From contig CAZDIP010000001.1 of assembly GCA_964505635.1 (NCBI GenBank), positions 222,412-286,411 on the forward strand: 64,000 nucleotides of DNA, read 5' to 3'. Under the pieces are notes generated by a model that had not been told where the DNA came from, searched no databases, and saw only the letters and a list, made by a program, of their open reading frames with translations. Position numbers and translations under genes: made by a program. The DNA is from an uncultured Candidatus Saccharibacteria bacterium. Lineage in GTDB: Bacteria; Patescibacteriota; Doudnabacteria; UBA920. This document shows, in pieces, positions 18,835 through 28,077 of this stretch. Position 1 is the stretch's first letter. Each line of letters opens with the position of its first letter.

Positions 18835-19935
18835 ATGCTTCATTTTTTCAGAAAATTCAGGTACGTTGATATCCCTTTGCAAATTACCACCCTGTTGCTT
18901 ATCGCAACAGGGCTTGCTGTTTTGTATAGCACTTCCCTGGCTTCCCAAAACCTGGCCTTGTTTTACAAACAACTAGTTTATGTAGGGGTTGGTCTTGGAT
19001 CTTTTATTTTTTTTAGTTTTTTTGACTACCATACTTTAGCTAAATTAAATCGCGTTATTTATCCGCTGACGATTTTGGTTTTAGCATATCTGCTGATTTT
19101 TGGAAACGTTATTCGCGGCGGTAGGCGCTGGGTAGAACTGCCGTTCTTCAACTTTCAACCGGCTGAATTTGCAAAAATTGTTGTTATCTTAGGCTTAGCT
19201 AAAATTTTGCATTTAAAACGGGGTCAAATTAATTCCTGGTCTATTTTATTATGGTCCTTGGCTTACTCTTTAATCCCTGCTGGTTTAGTAATTTTAGAAC
19301 CTGACTTAGGCTCTGCGCTGGTAATCTTAGGACTCTGGGCGAGCTTGGTAAGCATTAGCCCTATACGAAAAAAGATTATTCTTATTATTATTGCAAGCTC
19401 TCTGGTAGCCTGCGGTATTACCTGGAAATATGCTTTAAAAGACTTTCAAAAAGACAGAATCAAAGTCTTTATTAACCCCGAACTGGATCCGAGGGGGCGG
19501 GGTTATAACGTAAAACAAGCAACTATCGCGGCAGGCAGCGGTCAAATATGGGGCAGGGGACTGGGCAAGGGCTTACAAAGCCAAAATAAATTTTTGCCCG
19601 AAAGGCAAACGGATTTTATTTTTGCAGCCAGCGGCGAAGAAGTTGGTTTTGTCGGCTCAACAGCCATAGTCGGGCTCTTCGCTTTTTTATGTTTAAGGCT
19701 GCTTAATATTATGAATAAAGCGAAAGACGACCTGGGGATGTATATTGCGGGCGGGGTACTATTTCTAATTTTTATACATGCCGTTGTCAACATCGGTATG
19801 AATTTGGGTCTATTGCCGGTTACCGGCATTCCGCTGCCTTTTTTCAGCGCAGGCGGTAGTAATCTGATTATTGTATTAACTGCTCTCGGCATTGCTCAAA
19901 ATGTCAGTCTGGAATCAAAATTTTTGCGTTTTTAA
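18835..19935 (+). CDS. SEDS-family peptidoglycan glycosyltransferase (RodA/FtsW)
   Basis: 10-TM profile and conserved LPERQTDFIF and PLPFFSAGGS segments. Confidence 0.85.
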   Translation: MLHFFRKFRYVDIPLQITTLLLIATGLAVLYSTSLASQNLALFYKQLVYVGVGLGSFIFFSFFDYHTLAKLNRVIYPLTILVLAYLLIFGNVIRGGRRWVELPFFNFQPAEFAKIVVILGLAKILHLKRGQINSWSILLWSLAYSLIPAGLVILEPDLGSALVILGLWASLVSISPIRKKIILIIIASSLVACGITWKYALKDFQKDRIKVFINPELDPRGRGYNVKQATIAAGSGQIWGRGLGKGLQSQNKFLPERQTDFIFAASGEEVGFVGSTAIVGLFAFLCLRLLNIMNKAKDDLGMYIAGGVLFLIFIHAVVNIGMNLGLLPVTGIPLPFFSAGGSNLIIVLTALGIAQNVSLESKFLRF

Positions 19936-19943
19936 CAACAAGC

Positions 19944-19952
19944 TGTTATAAT
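19944..19952 (+). promoter_or_regulatory. Extended -10 box placed for a leaderless transcript
   Basis: TGtTATAAT ends 6 nt before the ATG at 19959. Confidence 0.5.
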
Positions 19953-19958
19953 TTTTAT

Positions 19959-20351
19959 ATGAACTCCAAAATACCGAATAAGAGCGGAAAAAATTTCGAT
20001 TTTAACAAAGTTATTCAATGGCTGGGCTTTATGCTCAGATGCCCGATTTGCGGATTTAAATATAATTTGGATCAAACCAAAATTATAGAAAGCGAACAAA
20101 ATGAAACCGTTGACGAAGCCAGGGTACTTATTCATTCTGACTGTATAAAATGCAAAAGTTCCGTTATATTTAACGTTGAAATTCATGGGCCGGAAGTTTT
20201 TAGTGTCGGGATGGTAACCGACCTAACCAGGCAAGACAGCCGAAAATTTAAATCCCAACCTTCAATTTCGGCCAATGATGTAATAAATATTCATAAAACG
20301 TTAAAAAAATTTAAGGGAGATTTTGTTTCGGCCTTAAATCCTAAAAAATAA
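19959..20351 (+). CDS. Hypothetical zinc-ribbon protein
   Basis: CPICG..(x39)..CIKCK cysteine pairs. Confidence 0.4.
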   Translation: MNSKIPNKSGKNFDFNKVIQWLGFMLRCPICGFKYNLDQTKIIESEQNETVDEARVLIHSDCIKCKSSVIFNVEIHGPEVFSVGMVTDLTRQDSRKFKSQPSISANDVINIHKTLKKFKGDFVSALNPKK

Positions 20352-20491
20352 ACACGCATTTATAGAACACATAGCCTTGCCAAAACAGGGCTATTTTGTT
20401 ATAATGGTCAAGATTTAAATTTAAGGATTTGTGAGTAAATAATCTTAATAACGATTATTATGGGCGAATCCAAACAAAGGATAAGCAGAAC

Positions 20492-21169
20492 ATGGATAAA
20501 TTAACTTTGTCCGCAAAACCGCGCGACATCAAATCTGTAAAAATAAATAAAGCTAGAAAGGAAGGCTTAATACCCGCAGTCCTATATGGCAATAAGCTGT
20601 CCAACGCAAACCTATTTTTAAATAAAGGCGAATTTGAAAAAATCTTTAAAAAGGCGGGGGAAAGCACCATAATAAATCTGGTAACAGAGGCAGACAAAAA
20701 AACGCACAACGTACTTATTCAAGAAGTCCAGCACAACTACTTAACCCACGATATTCAACATGTTGATTTTTATGAAGTTAGCATGACCGAAAAGCTGAGA
20801 GCCAAAGTGGCTTTAGAATTCGTCGGTGAGTCTACTGCGGTAAAAAATTTGGGAGGGGTTTTAGTAAGAATTTTAAATGAAATAGAAGTGGAATGTTTGC
20901 CGGTAGATTTACCCCACAACATTGAGGTAAATATAAGTGCTTTAGCGACCCTAACAGATTCAATTCATATAAAGGATTTAAAAGTTCCCGAAAAAGTTAA
21001 AATTTTATCCAGCGCTGACGAAATTGTGGTCAAAGTTCAGCCGCCCAGAGACGTGGAAGCTGAACTTTCAGCTCCGGTTGTTGAGGATGTTAGTAAGGTA
21101 GAAGGCGCGGCCGAAGAAAAACCTGCAACGGAAGAAACCAAGCCTGAGACAAAAGACAAAAAAGAATAA
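20492..21169 (+). CDS. rplY: 50S ribosomal protein L25 / general stress protein Ctc form
   Basis: KARKEGLIPAVLYG signature and an acidic C-terminal extension. Confidence 0.9.
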   Translation: MDKLTLSAKPRDIKSVKINKARKEGLIPAVLYGNKLSNANLFLNKGEFEKIFKKAGESTIINLVTEADKKTHNVLIQEVQHNYLTHDIQHVDFYEVSMTEKLRAKVALEFVGESTAVKNLGGVLVRILNEIEVECLPVDLPHNIEVNISALATLTDSIHIKDLKVPEKVKILSSADEIVVKVQPPRDVEAELSAPVVEDVSKVEGAAEEKPATEETKPETKDKKE

Positions 21170-21178
21170 CTATGCTAC

Positions 21179-21210
21179 AAAACCCATCCGCCTAGGCGGG
21201 TGGGTTTTTA
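21179..21210 (+). terminator. Rho-independent terminator after rplY (overlaps the prmC 3' end)
   Basis: AACCCATCCGCC / GGCGGGTGGGTT stem followed by T5. Confidence 0.7.
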
Positions 21211-22028
21211 ATTTCCACAAAGCGCCACAAATTCCCAAAATCTTTATAAAAAATTACTTTCCAACCAGGGAAAAATTTTTTTACAAGCTTGTGTAATTCG
21301 GCTTTTTGCCTCGGATCAAACTCCAGATAAATTTTAGATTCTGGATTTAAGATTTTTGATTGAGAAAGCTGTTTCAAAAATTTTTTTATTATACGCAAAC
21401 CATTTTCTTTTACAAAAATTGCATTTTTTGGCTCGTATTTCAAACCGCTCTTTAACTTTGCGTAGTCGGTAGCAGGCACATATGGTAGATTGGCGATTAA
21501 AATGTCAAATTTTCCTTTAAAATTATTTAATAAGTCCGATAAGACGAATCGGGCCTTGACTTTATGAGCCTTGGCATTTTGTTTTGCCACTTTTAATGCC
21601 GCTTTTGATATATCGCTTGCAATAATTTGAAATTTGATATCTAAAATTTGAAATTGTCTTGCAAGGGAAACTGCTATACACCCGCTGCCAGTACCCACAT
21701 CGAGAATTTTTACTGGCTTTTTACTACTCACTAACCGCTGCTCACTAACCACTTTTTCTACCATCTCTTCTGTCTCGGGCCTGGGGATAAGCACATTCCT
21801 ATTCACTTTAAACCTAAGTCCCATAAAATCTTTATAGCCTAAAATATACGCCACAGGCTCGCCATTAAGCCTTCGCTTAACCATGCTTGATAAACTTTTT
21901 ACTTGATAACTTGATAACTTGCGCTCTGGCGCCAAATACAAAAACTCCTTAGGCTTTTTTAATACATGCGCCAAAAGGAGTTCGATTTCAATATTACTAT
22001 ATTTTTTAAAAATTTTCTTTATCGTCAC
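21192..22028 (-). CDS. prmC: Release factor glutamine N5-methyltransferase
   Basis: DVGTGSGCIAV motif I and NLPYV (NPPY-type) motif. Sits downstream of prfA. Confidence 0.9.
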   Translation of the reverse strand: MTIKKIFKKYSNIEIELLLAHVLKKPKEFLYLAPERKLSSYQVKSLSSMVKRRLNGEPVAYILGYKDFMGLRFKVNRNVLIPRPETEEMVEKVVSEQRLVSSKKPVKILDVGTGSGCIAVSLARQFQILDIKFQIIASDISKAALKVAKQNAKAHKVKARFVLSDLLNNFKGKFDILIANLPYVPATDYAKLKSGLKYEPKNAIFVKENGLRIIKKFLKQLSQSKILNPESKIYLEFDPRQKAELHKLVKKFFPGWKVIFYKDFGNLWRFVEIKNPPA

Positions 22029-22296
22029 CGCGGTTAAATTTGTCTCTTAAAATATCTACGAGCTTACTTTTTTCTCTAGGCAACCCTAAATGCTTAGAAC
22101 TGTTTCCCATATTTTGCCTGAAATCCGATAAATTATACCCAGTCACATGCCTAAACCAGTTGAACGCAGCCTCTTCTCCAGGCTGAGACTTAAACCCGCC
22201 TTTAGAATAATCTTCCAAAGCCTTTCTTACATAAAAACTTAGCAATAACAACTCTTTTGTGCTTAAATCAACAATATCCGCTTTTGTAAGAAGCAT
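22006..22296 (-). CDS. Hypothetical protein
   Basis: 96-aa ORF between prfA and prmC, overlapping the prmC start by 23 nt. Confidence 0.3.
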   Translation of the reverse strand: MLLTKADIVDLSTKELLLLSFYVRKALEDYSKGGFKSQPGEEAAFNWFRHVTGYNLSDFRQNMGNSSKHLGLPREKSKLVDILRDKFNRGDDKENF

Positions 22297-22411
22297 ATTT
22301 CTTGCAAAAGCTAAATTTATTCCCTGCTTATCGCCTTTTTAAAGTTGATCAAGGCTTTTGATAATATTATCCGATAATTTATCGTAAGAATCATGATCAA
22401 ATTTAGACATT

Positions 22412-23470
22412 TTATTTCTTTAACGCTTCTTTTTTTAATTCCAAATCCGCTTTTTGCAAGGCGGTTATAATGGGGGAGAGCTTGCCTTCCATTATTAAAT
22501 TAATCTGGTTAAAATTTTGGTTTATGCGGTGGTCGGTAACGCGGTCTTGGGGGAAATTATAAGTGCGGATTTTTTCACTTCTGTCGCCGGTCCCAATTTG
22601 CGACTTTGTCATATTGCGGATTTTAGCGTTCTCAATTTCCGCGAAATGCGCGGCTACGCGGGAGCGAATAACCGCTAAAGCCTTTTCGCGATTTTGCGCC
22701 TGGCTTCTTTCGTCCTGGCATTGGGCAGTTATGCCGGTTGGAATATGCAAAATGCGGATGGCGGAATAGGTAGTGTTTACGCTTTGCCCGCCGTGGCCCG
22801 AGGAAGTAGTGGCTTCTATTTTTAAGTCTTTTTGGTCAATTTTATAATCATTTTCTTCCAGTTCCGGCAAAACTGCCACGGTAATTGTTGAAGTATGGAC
22901 TCGGCCAGACTTTTCCGTTTCCGGCACCCTCTGAACTCTATGCACGCCAGACTCGTATTTAAATGCTCCATAAGCGCCACTGCCTGAAATTTCGGCAATC
23001 ACTTCTTTAAACCCGCCCGCGTCATTGCGGTTTGAAGACACCGCGTGAAGCTTGAATCCCTGTTCTTCCGCGAATTTCCCCAGCGCCCTAAAGTATTCAG
23101 CGGCAAAAAGCCCTGCTTCGTCCCCGCCAGCACCCGCCCGGATTTCCACAAGAGCGTCTTTTTCATCGTTCGGATCTTTCGGCAATAAAAATTCCTCAAT
23201 TTGTTCTTTTGTCTTAATTATCTCCGCGTTCAGCCTTTTTATTTCTTCCTCAGCCATTTGTCTAATTTCCCCGTTCTGATCCTGCAAAAGCTTTTGGTTA
23301 TCGAGAAGTTCTTTTTCGCTTAATTCATAATTCTTAATACTCGCTACTACGGGCCCTAACGCCGCCTGCCTTTTTCCCAATTTAGCCAAATCTAAACCCG
23401 CCCGGCCGCTGGACATTTCCTCGGTCAGCTGGTTATATTCGTCTAAAATTTTTTGAAAAGCCAATTCCAT
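22412..23470 (-). CDS. prfA: Peptide chain release factor 1
   Basis: GGQ motif (SGHGGQSVNTT) and PxT-type tripeptide (RVQRVPETE). Confidence 0.95.
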   Translation of the reverse strand: MELAFQKILDEYNQLTEEMSSGRAGLDLAKLGKRQAALGPVVASIKNYELSEKELLDNQKLLQDQNGEIRQMAEEEIKRLNAEIIKTKEQIEEFLLPKDPNDEKDALVEIRAGAGGDEAGLFAAEYFRALGKFAEEQGFKLHAVSSNRNDAGGFKEVIAEISGSGAYGAFKYESGVHRVQRVPETEKSGRVHTSTITVAVLPELEENDYKIDQKDLKIEATTSSGHGGQSVNTTYSAIRILHIPTGITAQCQDERSQAQNREKALAVIRSRVAAHFAEIENAKIRNMTKSQIGTGDRSEKIRTYNFPQDRVTDHRINQNFNQINLIMEGKLSPIITALQKADLELKKEALKK

Positions 23471-23569
23471 AAAAAGACTAAAGTATTATGTATTTAGTAT
23501 AAAGTATAAAAGGATAAAACAAAACCATCCAAAAGACTGATTAGGATGGCTTGTTAAACAATACTCTAA

Positions 23570-23836
23570 CTATTTAGTTTTAGAGACCCTGGCTTTACGG
23601 GGCTTTTTTGTTTTTGCGGCTGACTTGATAGAAGCAGCGGTAGCAGCGCGTTTTTTAAATTTGTCTATGCTGCCGGCAGTATCAAGCAATTTTTGCTTGC
23701 CGGTATAAAAAGGGTGGCACTGGCTGCAAACTTCGGTACGCAGCTCTTTTAAAGTAGACCCGGTTTGAAAACTGTTTCCGCAAGCGCAGCTCACCTGGGC
23801 GGACATATTGTATTGTGGATGAATATTTTCCTTCAT
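23570..23836 (-). CDS. rpmE: 50S ribosomal protein L31 (Cys-containing type) with Lys-rich tail
   Basis: MKENIHPQY start and CxC...CxxC pattern. Confidence 0.9.
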   Translation of the reverse strand: MKENIHPQYNMSAQVSCACGNSFQTGSTLKELRTEVCSQCHPFYTGKQKLLDTAGSIDKFKKRAATAASIKSAAKTKKPRKARVSKTK

Positions 23837-23936
23837 AAAAACTATTTTTTGCCTGAATTATGCCAAAAATTCACAGGAATAAATTTGGAAATACTGTAAA
23901 CTCAAGGCTTTAATACTTACAGTATTTTAAGGCTTC

Positions 23937-23965
23937 TTGCCTTTTTCGTCAAGAGGTGTTATAAT
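23937..23965 (+). promoter_or_regulatory. Sigma70-type promoter upstream of rpsB
   Basis: TTGCCT (23937-23942), 17-nt spacer, TGtTATAAT (23957-23965). A leader of about 110 nt with SD AAGGAAGGA precedes the ATG. Confidence 0.55.
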
Positions 23966-24082
23966 TTTTGTAATATTAATTAAGCACACCCTAAAATCTT
24001 TCCTGTTTTAAAAGCCTGAGGGCTATTTTAAAATCAAGATGGGGTGGAAGCATCCTAAATTCTAGGATAAGGAAGGAAATTT

Positions 24083-24796
24083 ATGAAAGATATAAGTCTT
24101 TTAGACTTGCTCAAAAGCGGCGCGCATTTCGGCCATACCACTTCCAGATGGAATCCGAAAATGAAACCCTATATTTTTACTACTCGCAACAACATACATA
24201 TTCTGGACTTGGAAAAAACCCGTATCTGCCTTTTAAAAGCCATGGAGTTTGCAAAACAACTTAGCTCCAAAGGCGGCAGCGTTTTGTTTGTAGGCACTAA
24301 AAAACAGACCAAAGAGATAATAAAACAGGCTGCTTTAAACTCAAATAGCCCGTTCGTAAATGTCCGTTGGCTCGGAGGAACTTTTACCAACTTTAGGACC
24401 ATTCAAAAAACCATAAGGAAATTAGAACGTCTGGAAAATTTAAAAGCCTCGGGTGACTTAGAAAGCCGCTACACTAAAAAAGAAGCCTTAATGATAATAA
24501 GAGAGATAGAAAAACTAAAAAAGCTTTTTGAAGGCATACAAAACATGAAAAAATTGCCGGAAGCCATTTTTGTAACCGATGTCAAACATGATTCAATAGC
24601 CGTTAAAGAAGCTAAAAAAAGCGGGGTAAAAATCATAGGCATAGTAGATAGCAATTCCAGCCCCGAATATGTTGATTACCCAATACCCTGCAACGACGAC
24701 GCAACAAAAGCCATTGAACTTTTGAGCAACGCTATGTCAGAAGCCGTTACCGAAGGTAATCAAACCCAAGTGGTCGTAAAAGAAGAAACCAAATAA
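24083..24796 (+). CDS. rpsB: 30S ribosomal protein S2
   Basis: LLKSGAHFGHTTSRWNPKM signature. Confidence 0.95.
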   Translation: MKDISLLDLLKSGAHFGHTTSRWNPKMKPYIFTTRNNIHILDLEKTRICLLKAMEFAKQLSSKGGSVLFVGTKKQTKEIIKQAALNSNSPFVNVRWLGGTFTNFRTIQKTIRKLERLENLKASGDLESRYTKKEALMIIREIEKLKKLFEGIQNMKKLPEAIFVTDVKHDSIAVKEAKKSGVKIIGIVDSNSSPEYVDYPIPCNDDATKAIELLSNAMSEAVTEGNQTQVVVKEETK

Positions 24797-24828
24797 TTAA
24801 GGAGCTTGTATTTTAATTAAATAAACAT

Positions 24829-25422
24829 ATGTCTAACGATATTTTAAAAGAGATTCGGGAACTAACAGGGGCCGGGATTCTGGAAATAAAAAACGCCCTA
24901 AGCGAAAGCGGGCAAAATAAAGAAAAGGCGATTGAGCTTTTAAGAAAAAAAGGCGCGCTAAAAGCCGGAAAAAAAGCCGACAGGGTAGCCAAAGAGGGGA
25001 TTGTGGAAAGTTATATTCACCCCGGCGGAAGAGTTGGCGTGTTGCTGGAATTAAATTGCGAAACTGACTTTGTGGCCAGAACTGACGATTTTAAACAGCT
25101 TGCCAAAGACCTAGTCATTCATATTGCGGCTGCTAACCCGATTTATGTCCAAATTTCTGACGTTCCGGCTGAAGTCATAGAAAAAGAGAAAGAAATTTAT
25201 AAAGAACAAGCCAAGGCTGACGGCAAAGCTAAATCTGATGATATAATAAATAAAATGCTGGAAGGCAAGATTGCCAAATATTACGAAGAAGCCTGTTTAA
25301 TGGAGCAACCTTTCGTAAAAAACCCGGATATAAAAGTTAAAGACCTGCTTGCCCAGGCCATTTCTAAAACCGGAGAAAATTTGGTTGTTAAAAGATTTGC
25401 GAGATTTATCTTGGGTAACTAA
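24829..25422 (+). CDS. tsf: Elongation factor Ts (short form)
   Basis: N-terminal UBA-like IRELTGAGILEIKNAL. rpsB-tsf synteny. Confidence 0.9.
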   Translation: MSNDILKEIRELTGAGILEIKNALSESGQNKEKAIELLRKKGALKAGKKADRVAKEGIVESYIHPGGRVGVLLELNCETDFVARTDDFKQLAKDLVIHIAAANPIYVQISDVPAEVIEKEKEIYKEQAKADGKAKSDDIINKMLEGKIAKYYEEACLMEQPFVKNPDIKVKDLLAQAISKTGENLVVKRFARFILGN

Positions 25423-25484
25423 AAACAATTAACAAATAACTACCGCCCTTTTAGGGCTATAAGTTATTGGCCTTAGGTTGACGC

Positions 25485-26294
25485 TTGAGTTATCAAATGC
25501 TGCCAAATCTTATATTTCTGTTTTCAATTCTGGGAATTATCCTTCTGATTTTAAGGCGCTTGCCTCAAGCCGATAAAATTAACGAGCCAGAAACAGTAAC
25601 GCCCGAAAAACTCCTGTTCGCCAAGGGTTTGCCTGCCGAAGCCATCTCTAAAACCAAGGGTGCCATAAAATTATGGCTGAAAAAAATTTGGAATTTTATT
25701 TTAGAAGCAAAAGACCTAAAGCCTGCTAACCCCGTTGGGTATAGAATCAAGCAAATTTTCCACGCAAGCCGACCGGTCAAGCAACACAAGACAGATATAA
25801 GCCTTACCCAACCACAACAACAGGCACCTAGGCAAGATGAGGCATATTTTTTTGAACTGATAAAAACCCAGCCTAAAAATTTATCCAACTATAACTTGCT
25901 TGGAAAATATTATCTGGAAAATCAAAATTTTGCCGATGGTAAAGACATATACTTATACTTAAGCAACCACGAGCCCACGAATCCTGAATACTTGGGCAGG
26001 TTAGCATACAGCTGTTACAAGCTTGGGCAGTACGAACAAGCAGCGGATTACTATTCTAAATCTTTGGCTCTTGATTCAATCCAGCCAAACCGCTATTATA
26101 ACTTGGGTATTTGCATGCAGCATTTGGACAAAAACCAGGAAGCGATTGAGCCGTTTTATAAAGCCCTAGAACTGGATCCCCAAAACCCAAAATTTATAAA
26201 TACCCTGGCTAAAGCTTATGAAAAAATGAGTGAAAACGACAAAGCAGAAAAACTTTTTTTAAAGCTCAGGCAAATACAAACAAGTGAAGAATAA
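25485..26294 (+). CDS. TPR-repeat protein with N-terminal TM anchor
   Basis: Several 34-residue TPR-like repeats in the C-terminal half (..YYNLGICMQHLDKNQEAIEPFYKALELDP..). Confidence 0.6.
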   Translation: MSYQMLPNLIFLFSILGIILLILRRLPQADKINEPETVTPEKLLFAKGLPAEAISKTKGAIKLWLKKIWNFILEAKDLKPANPVGYRIKQIFHASRPVKQHKTDISLTQPQQQAPRQDEAYFFELIKTQPKNLSNYNLLGKYYLENQNFADGKDIYLYLSNHEPTNPEYLGRLAYSCYKLGQYEQAADYYSKSLALDSIQPNRYYNLGICMQHLDKNQEAIEPFYKALELDPQNPKFINTLAKAYEKMSENDKAEKLFLKLRQIQTSEE

Positions 26295-26296
26295 AT

Positions 26297-26412
26297 AAAC
26301 CCGCCAACTTTTGGTGCCGATGTAGCTCAGCTGGTAGAGCATCTCCATGGTAAGGAGAAGGTCTCCGGTTCAATCCCGGACATCGGCTCCAGAAAATTGG
26401 CGGGTTTTTGTT
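26297..26412 (+). terminator. Terminator-like helix whose loop is a whole tRNA gene
   Basis: AAACCCGCCAA (26297-26307) pairs with TTGGCGGGTTT (26397-26407), followed by a T-run. tRNA-Thr(GGT) lies between the two arms. Confidence 0.5.
26316..26391 (+). tRNA. tRNA-Thr (anticodon GGT), CCA encoded
   Basis: Manual cloverleaf: GCCGATG/CATCGGC acceptor, GCTC/GAGC D stem, TCTCC-ATGGTAA-GGAGA anticodon arm, TCCGG-TTCAATC-CCGGA T arm. Confidence 0.9.
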
Positions 26413-26471
26413 TTTGTTGTATAATTCATTCATACGGCTCGCATGCCAAATAAACTTTAATTTTATAAAAT

Positions 26472-26990
26472 ATGGAGAATAATGATTTATTTCATAAAAA
26501 ATATTTGGGTGAATTCGTATACGGCGCAATGGACGGCACAGTTACGACTTTTGCCGTTGTGGCTGGCTCCATAGGCGCTTCTTTAAGCCCGACTATTGTT
26601 TTAATTTTAGGTTTTGCGAACCTTTTCGCGGACGGCTTTTCCATGGCCGCTTCCAACTACCTTTCTACTCAATCAAAAAACGATCTGCAAAACATTCAGG
26701 AAGAAAGTCCAATAAAAACCGCTCTGGCAACTTTTGTTTCTTTTATAACAGTAGGTTTTATACCTTTGTTTTCATTTGTAGTGTCGGCTACTAACTCAAA
26801 TACTGACAAGTGGACATTTAAACTTTCCATAATTTTAACCGGTGTTGCTTTTTTGCTAATAGGATTTGTGAAAGGTAAAGTCTCCGGCCGAGGGCCGGTT
26901 CGTTCCGCTTTGGAAACGCTTTTAATTGGCATGCTCGCGGCAAGCATAGCCTATGGCGTTGGAGTTTACCTTAGAATGCTTGTTGGGTAG
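26472..26990 (+). CDS. VIT1/CCC1-family (DUF125) iron/manganese transporter-like membrane protein
   Basis: [20 protein letters not shown] signature and C-terminal TM helices. Confidence 0.65.
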   Translation: MENNDLFHKKYLGEFVYGAMDGTVTTFAVVAGSIGASLSPTIVLILGFANLFADGFSMAASNYLSTQSKNDLQNIQEESPIKTALATFVSFITVGFIPLFSFVVSATNSNTDKWTFKLSIILTGVAFLLIGFVKGKVSGRGPVRSALETLLIGMLAASIAYGVGVYLRMLVG

Positions 26991-27006
26991 TCATATTACC
27001 AAAATT

Positions 27007-27039
27007 AAAATACCGCAATGCTTGCGGTATTTTAATTTT
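27007..27039. terminator. Rho-independent terminator (bidirectional)
   Basis: AAAATACCGCAA / TTGCGGTATTTT stem with a 3-nt loop and flanking A/T runs. Confidence 0.7.
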
Positions 27040-27123
27040 GGTGGGCGGTGCAGGACTCGAACCTGCGAAGCCGTAAGGCACCTGATTTACAGTCAGGTGT
27101 AATTGCCGCTATACGAACCGCCC
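27039..27123 (-). tRNA. tRNA-Tyr (anticodon GTA), class II long variable arm, CCA encoded
   Basis: Reverse complement folds as GGGCGGT/ACCGCCC acceptor, CCTGA-CTGTAAA-TCAGG anticodon arm, GCC-TTAC-GGC variable arm, GCAGG-TTCGAGT-CCTGC T arm. Confidence 0.9.
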
Positions 27124-27926
27124 ATACTTGTAAATTTTTTAAGTCTCTCTTCGTGTTTTTTGTTCTTAAAACCTATCTCGGTGATATATTTATTTATGTC
27201 CGATTTTCTGGTTAAGTATACACTATGTACACTAATTTTGGAAGGGCTGAAGTTTAGGTTTAAAAATGCCTGTCTAACATCCGCGAGCAGAAGTTTTGAA
27301 AGGTTGGAAAAAGAAATTTGTACCCCTTTATGCATTTTATAGACCGATCCGTCCGTATCGATTAAACCCCTTAAAACAGATTTTAAATATACTTTCCTCT
27401 TAAAAATCCAGGCAGGTATTTTAACCTGTGATTTGGTTTTATTATGAGCCATCCCTTGCCCTAAAAGCCATTTAACCGCTACTGAAGAGCCAAAATACAC
27501 AACTTGGTCGCCCCTTTTAGTGATAATTGTTTTTGGCTTTGAATTAAATACCTTTTTCATTAATTCTGAAACATGCGGGGCATACTTATCTTTTGTGCCT
27601 AACGTAACCGTGACTTGGGTTTTAGTAATATGACCGTCTCCTAAAATTATGCCTATTAATTCAGCTAAATCGCCGGAATATTTTTTTGGCAAAATAATAT
27701 TTTTATTTATATTATTATATCCGGCTTTTTTATCACGTAAAGTTTTTATATTTAGCCTAACTAATCTGTCATAAACGCTATTCTCTGCTAAGTCTAATAT
27801 TTTTGCAATCTCGTTTATGGCTTTATTTTGTTTGACATATAGAAATACAAGCTGTTGCTTGTTTTTTAAACATTCTTGTCTTGTCCATTTTCTGGCCATA
27901 TTTAGATAATATGTAAAAATTGACAT
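27093..27926 (-). CDS. Free-standing double-motif LAGLIDADG homing endonuclease with N-terminal HTH
   Basis: Two LAGLIDADG motifs (LIGIILGDGH and LRGLIDTDGS). N-terminal HTH-like INEIAKILDLAENSVYDRL. The last 31 nt overlap the 5' part of tRNA-Tyr. Confidence 0.85.
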   Translation of the reverse strand: MSIFTYYLNMARKWTRQECLKNKQQLVFLYVKQNKAINEIAKILDLAENSVYDRLVRLNIKTLRDKKAGYNNINKNIILPKKYSGDLAELIGIILGDGHITKTQVTVTLGTKDKYAPHVSELMKKVFNSKPKTIITKRGDQVVYFGSSVAVKWLLGQGMAHNKTKSQVKIPAWIFKRKVYLKSVLRGLIDTDGSVYKMHKGVQISFSNLSKLLLADVRQAFLNLNFSPSKISVHSVYLTRKSDINKYITEIGFKNKKHEERLKKFTSMGGSYSGNYT

Positions 27927-28077
27927 TTCGTCAAATTTTTAATTAACCACTTCGGTATATTAATATCTTTCCTCTACTGACTCGTTTTGCATACAAAGAA
28001 AGCCATCCTGCCTAAAGTCCAGAGTGTGTTAAATTTTCTACAAAATATTATCTCTTACATTCTAAATCCTAAATTTT

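Noticed and set aside
22339-22410. 23-aa minus-strand ORF (MSKFDHDSYDKLSDNIIKSLDQL) directly after prfA.
   Set aside because: It is too short to support without conservation or expression data, and it has no RBS.
26266-26529. 87-aa minus-strand ORF.
   Set aside because: It runs antisense through tRNA-Thr(GGT) and the promoter region of the VIT-like gene. It is an artefact of the ORF track.
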